In this document: in pieces, positions 8,530-16,730 of the stretch
How positions within the stretch are numbered: the first letter of the stretch is position 1
Layout of the letters: every line of letters starts with the position of its first letter
Assembly: GCA_001600695.1 (NCBI GenBank)
Contig: BCKQ01000011.1
Coordinates: 270,848-287,577 of the forward strand
Length of the DNA: 16,730 bases
Direction of reading: 5' to 3'
Source of the DNA: Ascoidea asiatica JCM 7603
Lineage: Eukaryota; Fungi; Ascomycota
Notes under the pieces: generated by a model
Databases searched by the model: none
What the model was told of the DNA's origin: nothing
The model's input: only the letters and a program-made list of their open reading frames with translations
Program-made: the position numbers and the translations under genes

Positions 8530-9645
8530 AGAAAAGGTGAATAGCGAGATTTGAACCGAAGAAGAATATCAATAAAACAAATAAGAAAAGTATCGCAATT
8601 GATTTGTAACCGAAATGTTATCAATTCTAAACCAGATAGGAACACTTCCACGCAAAAGCTGGTGACGAATAATTTCTCATTCTGATTTCAGTCGGGGTAA
8701 GAGATCGGATAGAGTCCTGTTAGCAGGAGGTAGGAATGCACGCACAGCGTTAGAACACGTTTCTTGGAATTCCGTGGAAATCCCGAAATACCACTAATCA
8801 GGAAAGATGGAGCATGAACGAAATTGCCAATAGATTTTAATGCGGTAACTCCGCTACACATACTAAACGGATATCGGATATAATATTTATTATTGCAATA
8901 TATCACGGGTATCAAAAATAGTTCAGAAAGCAAGAAAATAAAAAGAGTATTTGTAATCAAAGATGACTAATCTCATAGATTAGACCTAGGAAAACAAACA
9001 AAAAATCAAACTAATTTACTTTCTCTTTAAACCTAGTAAAGAAAAATTTAGAAGATTTCTCTATCAAAGTTCTTTTATTCTTTCAATTATCTAAAATATA
9101 TAAAAAGTTACTTCGTTAGTAGCAATTGATCCACAGATAAATAAATAATAAAGTAACTCTTGATTATTTCGATTGAAGTTTTATTTTTTTCCATATACTG
9201 ATAGTGAAGGGCTATTCTAAGCTTTCAGAATTTTTACGATCGTACACTTTCGTGCAAATGTCAACAATGCGCCAACTATTTATTATTCGGCTTCAGTGAT
9301 AACTCCGTTGATCAGGAACCAGATGTAGAACTCTGATAGCATATGCTACTGTTATTAAGGTATCGAGACTCATGAGACGTTCCGAGGAATACCCGTGCCT
9401 TGCAAGGAGTCCCGATAGGACACTGGCGGTTTCGGATATGGAACGGCACAAAGCACTAGCTCTAACTCGCGCACGGACACAGACGCATACTCAGACTCAG
9501 TCTCTGCTTCGGATAATACCCCTGCTAACGGGACCCATAGATCTAGAATCCGCACTGGCCCAGTGCAGTTTACCTGTTACCGGCAATAAGACGAATCGCT
9601 ATTTCCACTGCTTTTTTATTCCACACTTTTCCACGGTGTGAAATT
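8530..9645 (+). ncRNA. Candidate long structured ncRNA (telomerase-RNA-like hypothesis)
   Basis: Nested long-range complementarity found by eye. The best helix is 8714-8732/9517-9534 (18 bp, one G-U, one bulge). There is no convincing ORF, and a template-like segment sits at 8847-8868. No canonical Sm site or pseudoknot was resolved. Confidence 0.3.
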
Positions 9646-9669
9646 TGTTTAAAGATTACGAAAACGAAT

Positions 9670-9693
9670 GAAATAGAAATAGAAATAGAAATA
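9670..9693. repeat. (GAAATA)4 microsatellite
   Basis: Four exact tandem copies. Confidence 0.9.
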
Positions 9694-10144
9694 AACTGAA
9701 TCATCGAAGTAATAATTAAAAATTCATTCTTCATTCTTCCCATAGTTAAAGCGTTTACCGGTTTGTGCTAATGATGCCTTTCCCATACATTTATTACTCT
9801 TACTATTAATATTAATATTAATATTAAAATTTTCACTCATTAATAATAAATTCTATTTATTTATTTATTCCTAATTTTATTGATTTAATAATGATTAAAA
9901 TCTCATTCAATTCAATATATATAACTACACAACTTTCCTACTTTACATATTAATTGATTTAGTTTATTTTACTTACATTTTCAAGTTCATCTCATTCATA
10001 TTATAATTCTTCATCTAGTTCTAATCCTAATTCTAATTCTAAATCTTTAATTATTATCATCTATAATCATTCAATTATATATACTTACTCATATAATTCT
10101 CAATAATAAATAATAATTTTAATACTTTTAGTATATTATTCATA

Positions 10145-11380
10145 ATGTCTTCATTAAAGAAATCAAGTTCGAATTCGAATTCAAATTCAAATTCAAATTC
10201 TGCCTGGATTTCTCAATATGATCCAGTTTTAAAAACCAATTATTACTTTAATATAAATACTTCTAATATTCAATATGATAATCCAAATGAAGTTATAAAT
10301 AATTTAAATAAAAATTCAAAAAAAGCTTCTAAATTTTCAAAATTCCTATCAAAAATTTCTTTACATTCAAATTCTAATTCAAATTCAAATTCAAATCAAC
10401 ATTCAATTTCAATGTGTAATTCTAATTCTAATTCTAATTCTAATTCAATTTTCAATCATATTACTAATAATAACTCTAATTCAAATTCAAATTCAAATTT
10501 ATTCTCAATGTCAAGAGCTTGTTCTATGAAATCTTCAAAATCTTTCAAATCTTTTAAATCTTTTAGATCTAAAATACATAATCATTCAAAAAAGAATCTT
10601 TCTTTAACTAGATCTTCAAATTTAATTCAATCTACTAATATAAATACTACCAATAATTCTATAAATAATAAAAAAAATATTAATTTTAATAACAATAATA
10701 CTGTTAATATAGATAATATTGATGATGAATCAATAATTCAATATTATTCAAACAATAATTCATCTGATCAATTGGAATTTTTTAGAAAAAATGAAAATAA
10801 TATCACTTATAACTCATCAAATTATTCTTATAATAATAACAATAATAATGTTAACAAAGATGATGATAATTTATCTATAGAGTCTTATGTTTCTTCAGTT
10901 GATGAAGATAATGATTTACTATATAATTCAAATGCTAAAATTTTCTATAATTATTCAACAACAAGAACAACTCCAATTAACTCACTTTCAAACTTAAATA
11001 CTAATAATAACCATCATATTAACAATGATAATGATAATATTAATAATAATACTAATGATTATAATCAATATTTAACTCAATATCTTGCTGAACAATTTAA
11101 TAAACCTGATTTTATTCAAAAATATCAAAGAGATGATATTGATGATTTTGATCAAGATAGTGAAATTGAATTTTTATATGATGATAATTCAAATTATCAA
11201 TCTTATACTCCAGTTGATTATAATCCAACTGTTGATAAATCTGATAATCAATCTGAAAATACTTCTGATAGTACTTCTGAGATTAATGTTGAAAAATATC
11301 ATATTAATGATTCGGTTATTAATACTTCTTTCAAACCACAATTAGCTAATCCATTAGTAGTCAATGAAACTAATTTATAA
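10145..11380 (+). CDS. Asn/Ser-rich low-complexity protein with N-terminal WW domain, function unknown
   Basis: 411 aa ORF with host-like codon usage. WISQYDPVLKTNYYFNINTSNIQYDNP fits the WW pattern with the second Trp replaced by Tyr. Confidence 0.8.
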   Translation: MSSLKKSSSNSNSNSNSNSAWISQYDPVLKTNYYFNINTSNIQYDNPNEVINNLNKNSKKASKFSKFLSKISLHSNSNSNSNSNQHSISMCNSNSNSNSNSIFNHITNNNSNSNSNSNLFSMSRACSMKSSKSFKSFKSFRSKIHNHSKKNLSLTRSSNLIQSTNINTTNNSINNKKNINFNNNNTVNIDNIDDESIIQYYSNNNSSDQLEFFRKNENNITYNSSNYSYNNNNNNVNKDDDNLSIESYVSSVDEDNDLLYNSNAKIFYNYSTTRTTPINSLSNLNTNNNHHINNDNDNINNNTNDYNQYLTQYLAEQFNKPDFIQKYQRDDIDDFDQDSEIEFLYDDNSNYQSYTPVDYNPTVDKSDNQSENTSDSTSEINVEKYHINDSVINTSFKPQLANPLVVNETNL

Positions 11381-12016
11381 AAATATTTCAAAAACTTATA
11401 AATATTTAATAGTTTTTATTTTTACTTTCATTTCATCAAATTTGCATTCATTTTATCACTTTTTTCTCTCTCTCATTTTGCCTTCCTTAACTTTTCAAAA
11501 TTTATGACTTCTTATTATATATCATTTTTTCCTTTTTCTATCATTTATGGCTTTTGTGTTTTGTTTTTTATTAATTAGTGATTCAATCTTTATTTTTAGA
11601 TTTATATTAAAACTTGAATTTTCAAGTTTATTTTTTTATCATTTCAAACTCATCAATTTTTTTTCTAAGGTTATATTATATGTCTTTTTTTCTACTAATA
11701 AAAATAAATTAAAAGTATTTACTCTTTTTAAAAAAGAATAATGAATTTATTTAATAATGTACATAATTTAATCAATTTTATTTAACTTTCTAATCATATC
11801 CTAGTAGAACTCATAAACTTTTTATTTATGCACATAAAATTAAACGTTTAAAAATACTATCACAATAATGTCCTTTGAATCGTTTATTAATACAACCCAT
11901 TTACAGAATTCACAATACATTTTAAAAGTGAACGCCTCTTAAGTAAATAACAAAATTAAGAGATTTACCAAAAAATTAAAAGTAAAAAAAACATTGAGAT
12001 TGTCTCTTAATGTTTT

Positions 12017-12361
12017 CTATTTTGACTTTTTGAATTCTTCGCTGTCAACTTGATTTTCTTTAGAGTCAATATTCTCTTTCTTAATTTCTTTATTATTTAA
12101 TTTTTCATTAAGTTTCTCTTCAGTATTTAATTTCTCTTTTTCTTGTTCTTTCAATAACTCTCCAATAAACCATATAACTGTACCATAAAATAATACTGAT
12201 ATTATAAACAAATTGATAAAATGGATTGAATAGTTACTAACAAAAATTAATGTTAAAAATAATATTATTAAAATAATAAATGAAAAATGAGTGGCTTTAA
12301 TTAAAGCAGGTGTTAAACCACTTGTAAAAACTGATTGCCATAATTCTTCAATAAATGACAT
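12017..12361 (-). CDS. PKR1: ER membrane V-ATPase assembly factor Pkr1
   Basis: 114 aa. MSFIEELWQSVFTSGLTPALIKATHFSF N-terminus, two hydrophobic segments with SIHF between them, and a charged tail. Confidence 0.92.
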   Translation of the reverse strand: MSFIEELWQSVFTSGLTPALIKATHFSFIILIILFLTLIFVSNYSIHFINLFIISVLFYGTVIWFIGELLKEQEKEKLNTEEKLNEKLNNKEIKKENIDSKENQVDSEEFKKSK

Positions 12362-12731
12362 CTTTAAGAATATAATGAATTATGTGTTTTTGATAACTTG
12401 ATTATAAATAACCTTCAAAATTATAAATATAATTGTAATTATAATTCAAAGAAAAGAGTAAATTCAATTGACTTGACACCAAAATTTTCAAATTTGTTTT
12501 ATGCCTTTCCGAATTTATATTTTTTAAAAAACAAAACTCCGGATTTATTATGTAAGACCTTACGTAATCTTCCACATCTTATCACTTTATGCTTTGTTTA
12601 CATTTATTGATCGCATTATTTTTATTTTATTTTATTTATTTTTATTTTCATTTCTACGCTCATTCAAATATTGAAAGATCATTGAATTGATCAAAATTTT
12701 ATAAAATATAGTTGATAAAATAATCTTAGAA

Positions 12732-14315
12732 ATGAAACAGAAAGGTGTTTTACCAAACTCATATATACCTCATTTTAGTTGGGTAGGTCTACGAAGAAAT
12801 TTATCAAAACTATCAAAAGAATCAATAAATGATCTTGCAATTTCATGGTGCAAATTTTTGATAACACAGCCAAAATTATCTTCAAAAGAGGAATACCAGG
12901 AAAGTAATTTAACTCCAAAGAAATTAGTTTTGAAAGCAACTAAGTTTTTTCAAGAAAATAAAAAAGATAATAAATGTACGAAGAAAAATTTAATTGATAA
13001 AATTTTAATAAATTTTTGGCATAAAGGTTTAAACCTTTTACAAATTTCTCAAATTGATTGTCAATATATTATAGAGAAATCAAATTCCATAAATTGGTCA
13101 TCTTCTTTAATTATTGATAAAAATGATAATGCTCAAGAATTAAAAATGTATGATATTGAAACAAACTTTTTATTAAGAAGATTTTCTTCAAAATTATCTG
13201 AATTTTATTTAAATCATGTTTATTTATGTTCACATCCATATTATCCTTTATTAATATTAAGAGTACAATTATTTGACTTTAAATTAACTTCAGCCTTTTC
13301 CTCAAATAATATAATTTCTAGAAAAGCATTCTTTATTGGATTATTAATATCATCATCTACAATTATACATTCAAATATAAATAATAATATAGAATCATCA
13401 GATACTTTATCTGCTAGAATCATTTTACAATCTTTATCTTCAACATTATCTAAACCAAATCATCAAATTCAATTTAAAATAAATGATAATTCTTGTGAAT
13501 CCAATATTAAAAACTTAGAAAGTATATTTATTTTAAAAGGTGTAAGTAGATTCAGTAATTGTTTAGGACAATGGTCATGTTATGCAGATAATGCTGTTGA
13601 TATATTACCATTTGATAATGCCCAGAATCATATGATATTTTCTGATGATTTGAATATAAATGATATTGAAATTGATGAACTAAATGAAAATAATGTAAAT
13701 GATGAAAAAAGTGAAAGTACTGAGAATAAAGATTCAATATCAAAATCTAATGAAATTAAGGATTCCAAAGAAAAATTGATTGAAAAAATTGCTAATATTA
13801 AATTTAGAGGTGTTCATAAATTAAGATCTGAACGACTATTTGAAGATGTGAGACCATTGAGAAAGAAAAGAAAAGTTTCAATGGCCTCAGAAAGTGATGG
13901 GAAATCTGATGAATTACTACATTTAGAAAATAAAGAAAATAATAATGATAATGAACTTGAACATGAACATGATCATGATCATGAAATGGATGGAAAAAAT
14001 AAGTTTTCCACAATAACTCCAGTCCAATACTCTGAATATATATTAAAAGAAAAGTTGAATAAAATTGATAAGGAATCGACAAAAAATTTAAAAAATGTTG
14101 ATATAAGACCTTCTATAAAGATAAAATTACAAGGAAATGATATTTTTGGTGGTTTACATGAATTAGCTACTAAAGGAATAGTAGATCCTTATATTGTTCC
14201 AGGATGGTTAACTGGTGAAGAAGGTAATAAGTTTGGAACAATTAAAGATGGTCATTTTTTTGAAAATGAAATAATTAATAATGAATATTCGAATGACTCT
14301 CATTTAATTTTATAG
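12732..14315 (+). CDS. CHL4: Kinetochore protein Chl4 (CENP-N/Mis15 family)
   Basis: 527 aa. Family-like motifs WHKGLNLLQISQIDCQ, HPYYPLLILRVQLFD, SRFSNCLGQWSCYADNAVDILPF, and GNDIFGGLHELATKGIVDPYIVPGWLTGE. Confidence 0.93.
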   Translation: MKQKGVLPNSYIPHFSWVGLRRNLSKLSKESINDLAISWCKFLITQPKLSSKEEYQESNLTPKKLVLKATKFFQENKKDNKCTKKNLIDKILINFWHKGLNLLQISQIDCQYIIEKSNSINWSSSLIIDKNDNAQELKMYDIETNFLLRRFSSKLSEFYLNHVYLCSHPYYPLLILRVQLFDFKLTSAFSSNNIISRKAFFIGLLISSSTIIHSNINNNIESSDTLSARIILQSLSSTLSKPNHQIQFKINDNSCESNIKNLESIFILKGVSRFSNCLGQWSCYADNAVDILPFDNAQNHMIFSDDLNINDIEIDELNENNVNDEKSESTENKDSISKSNEIKDSKEKLIEKIANIKFRGVHKLRSERLFEDVRPLRKKRKVSMASESDGKSDELLHLENKENNNDNELEHEHDHDHEMDGKNKFSTITPVQYSEYILKEKLNKIDKESTKNLKNVDIRPSIKIKLQGNDIFGGLHELATKGIVDPYIVPGWLTGEEGNKFGTIKDGHFFENEIINNEYSNDSHLIL

Positions 14316-14657
14316 ATTTTTTTGATAATATTTTGTTTATAGATTTTCGAGTTAGTTTTTTTTTTTATTTTGGTTCATTTTGTTTTAATAAAGGAAGTGT
14401 GTGTAGAAAAATTTATTAAAAAATTTATTTGATTTAGAAGTAAGTCGATTATTAGAATGTTAATATAGGTATTACATGTTAATAAGGATTTAAAGATGAA
14501 AATAAAAACCAGAGAAAAGAAACTAAAAACTGAAAATTAAATGTTAAAAATTAAAAATTAAAAATTAAAAAAAATAAAAATAGTTTTATAAAAAAAGCAG
14601 TAAACAAATATAGATAAAATTGAAATAAATGATGAAAAAAATATAATAAAAATAAAA

Positions 14658-15432
14658 TTACCGTTTTAAACTATTAAGTCTTGCTTGCAAATCATCATCG
14701 TCATCGTCAGGTATACCACCATCACCACCAATTGCTTGAGCAACAGGACCATTTGCAACAGGAGCAGAATTTACAGCAACTCCTTCTGGTGTATTTTGTA
14801 ATGAAGAATTAAGATCAACTCCAATTTCATCTAAAACTTTATTTACAATTTCATCAACTTCTTCTTCATCTTCTTCTACATCATCACCCATAGCATTATC
14901 TATAGCATCATCCATCATTTCTTGTCTTTGATCCATTATATCATTTTGTTTTTCAAATTCCATAACAATTCTAGTTAATTGTGGTAAATTCATTGATTTA
15001 TTCATACCACCTAATAATCTTGAAGCATCTTTCATTGAATTTGTCATTTGATCACTACTTCGAACAGCTTGAATTCTTAAAGATATTGCTTGTAATTGAG
15101 TTTTCATATTATTAAATTTTGTTACATAATTTTTAGTTCTAACTAAATCTTTTGCTTGAATTCTTGCAGCTGAAACTTGACCATTTTTTGCAGATTTTTT
15201 AATTTCTGAAATTAAAACTTTTTCTTGTCTTTCTAATTTTTGTCTTTCTCTATCTAATTCTCTTTGAGTTTTTTCTAATGCTCTTTGATTCTATGAAAAT
15301 GTAAATTAATCTATGTTAGTATTTATTTATTTTATCACTTTTTTTCAATTTATTTTTATTCTTAATACATACTTTTCTAAGTCTTTCTTGAGGAGTCATC
15401 CTCTTCCCGAAGGCCCATTCAAATAATTGCAT
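14658..15432 (-). CDS. DID4: ESCRT-III subunit Did4/Vps2; two exons (15432-15373 and 15290-14658), 230 aa
   Basis: Exon 1 MQLFEWAFGKRMTPQERLRK joins in frame to NQRALEKTQRELDR... The protein has a Snf7-family core and C-terminal DDDLQARLNSLKR (MIM1-like). The ORF track shows only the last 149 aa. Confidence 0.95.
15291..15372 (-). other. Spliceosomal intron of DID4 (82 nt, phase 0)
   Basis: GTATGT donor at 15372-15367, TACTAAC branch site at 15321-15315, TAG acceptor at 15293-15291. Confidence 0.93.
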
Positions 15433-15680
15433 TATTTAATGGCTATTTAGGGAGTAATTTTATAATTTAAATAGAAGAAAATGTTTCAATTATTGATAAT
15501 CTTTTATTGATATTGATACTCTCTACTATTTATATATTCGATAGTTGATGAGACTTCCGAATAGGATGATAACCATCAATGGCGGGTTTGGATTCTAAGC
15601 TAATTTATACTAATATAATCATAATAATATTTTGAAATAGTATCAGTTAGTCGTAAACCTTCAGATAACATAATAATAAT

Positions 15681-15688
15681 ATCACGTG
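15681..15688 (+). promoter_or_regulatory. Cbf1-type E-box (ATCACGTG) upstream of DID4
   Basis: Exact RTCACGTG about 250 bp upstream of the DID4 ATG. Confidence 0.4.
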
Positions 15689-15721
15689 TCTATATCTAAT
15701 ACAATATAATTTATAAAATAC

Positions 15722-15786
15722 ACAATATAATATAATAAAATAAAATAAAATAATATAAAATAATATAAAATAATATAATATAAAAT
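15722..15786. repeat. Degenerate TAAAA/TATAA pentamer-type AT tract
   Basis: Tandem AATAA/AATAT units between the IDH2 3' end and the DID4 promoter. Confidence 0.7.
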
Positions 15787-16028
15787 GTATATACTTTATA
15801 TTCTAAATATAAATGCTATTTAACTATTGAAGGAATGCTTCAGGAACCAATTTATTCAAAGAATAAAGAGAACTTTTTATGATTGATTGAAAAGATGAAG
15901 AAGTTCTTTTAATTGAAAAAAAAATAAAAAAAATAAAATCAGATAACACATAACACTAATGAATATAAAAAAATAAGAATATAAATATGAATAAATATGA
16001 ATAAAATTAGATTAATTTAATTTAAATT

Positions 16029-16730
16029 TTACAAATTTTCAATAATTTTTTTAGTAAAAAAATCAGTACCAGCTTGACCTTTAAGATCTTTAGTTCTATT
16101 TTCAGGACCAGAGGCAATTGTATTTAAAACAGCATTTTCAATTTTATCAGCATAAGTATCTAAAGACATATGTCTTAACATCATACAAGAAGATAATAAT
16201 AAAGCAGTTGGATTTGCTAAATTCTTACCAGCTATATCAGGTGCAGAACCATGAACAGCTTCAAAAATTGAAACATTATTACCCATATTACCAGAAGGAG
16301 TTAAACCTAAACCACCAATTAAACCTGAAGATAAATCAGACATTATATCACCATATAAATTTGGCATAACCATGACAATATTTGAATATTGAGTTGGATC
16401 AGTAACTAATTTAAGACAAGTATTATCAATTAATTCAAAATCTAAAGTAATTTCTGGATAATTTTTACCAATTTCTTTTGCAGTTTGAACAAATAAACCA
16501 TCAGATAATTTCATTATTGAAGCTTTATGTACAACTAAAATATGAGGTTTATTAATTGATTTTGCATATTCAAAAGCATATTTTATAACTCTTTCAGAAG
16601 CAGGTTTTGTAATTAATTTTATTGATTGTACAACACCAGGTACAATAGTATGTTCAATACCAGAATATTCACCTTCAGTATTTTCTCTAATTAAAACAGT
16701 ATCAACATTATCATATGGAGTTTTATAACC
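16029..16730 (-). CDS. IDH2: Mitochondrial NAD-dependent isocitrate dehydrogenase catalytic subunit, 5' end outside the window
   Basis: The frame is open to the window edge: [27 protein letters not shown]...[14 protein letters not shown]...[22 protein letters not shown]...[13 protein letters not shown]. The DIMSD and HGSAPDIAG motifs favour Idh2 over Idh1. Confidence 0.95.
   Translation of the reverse strand, partial: GYKTPYDNVDTVLIRENTEGEYSGIEHTIVPGVVQSIKLITKPASERVIKYAFEYAKSINKPHILVVHKASIMKLSDGLFVQTAKEIGKNYPEITLDFELIDNTCLKLVTDPTQYSNIVMVMPNLYGDIMSDLSSGLIGGLGLTPSGNMGNNVSIFEAVHGSAPDIAGKNLANPTALLLSSCMMLRHMSLDTYADKIENAVLNTIASGPENRTKDLKGQAGTDFFTKKIIENL

Noticed and set aside
8500-8540. Minus-strand UUUUUUAAGUGAUUUU resembling a Kluyveromyces telomerase CS3
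   Set aside because: No nearby CS4 partner, and it is on the opposite strand from the G-U and template evidence.
8530-8615. tRNA gene on the minus strand around GGTTCAAATCTC
   Set aside because: No T-stem pairing, A-box, anticodon arm or acceptor stem.
9404-9540. RNase MRP/P RNA suggested by GTCCCG/CGGGAC pairing and ACTCAGACT
   Set aside because: The CR-I, CR-IV and CR-V consensus context and the P1-P3 helices could not be built.
8439-9641. ORFs 8439-8651, 8688-8960, 9370-9555 and 9372-9641
   Set aside because: Short, some with non-ATG starts, codon usage unlike host genes, no motifs. They are expected from locally higher GC.
11085-12610. ORFs 11085-11345, 11547-11741 and 12398-12610
   Set aside because: Out-of-frame shadow or AT-rich UTR/promoter translations.
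13241-14082. Antisense ORFs within CHL4
   Set aside because: Shadows of the real gene.
15540-15670. Possible C/D snoRNA upstream of DID4 (TGATGA near 15546)
   Set aside because: No matching CTGA D box on the same strand or terminal stem. More likely promoter sequence.
16118-16369. 83 aa ORF antisense to IDH2
   Set aside because: Shadow of the real gene.

Overview
Very AT-rich eukaryotic DNA from a budding yeast (Saccharomycotina-like: GTATGT/TACTAAC/YAG intron, TTA/AAT-biased codons); the species cannot be fixed from the sequence. In order: the 3' part of a decayed Ty3/gypsy LTR retrotransposon (RT-RNase H-integrase with an in-frame stop and a catalytic D->N change, then a degenerate PPT and a probable 3' LTR), TOM70 (+), PAM18 (-), a 3.4 kb gene-free interval, an Asn/Ser-rich WW-domain protein (+), PKR1 (-), CHL4 (+), intron-containing DID4/VPS2 (-) and the 3' part of IDH2 (-). 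The least explained signal is in the gene-free interval: about 8530-9645 has two GC-enriched arms that pair with each other through a colinear nested series of helices, and it contains a segment resembling a yeast telomerase template. This is a candidate ~1.1 kb structured ncRNA (possibly telomerase RNA). It is unproven, and a complex promoter or an old inverted duplication remain live alternatives.
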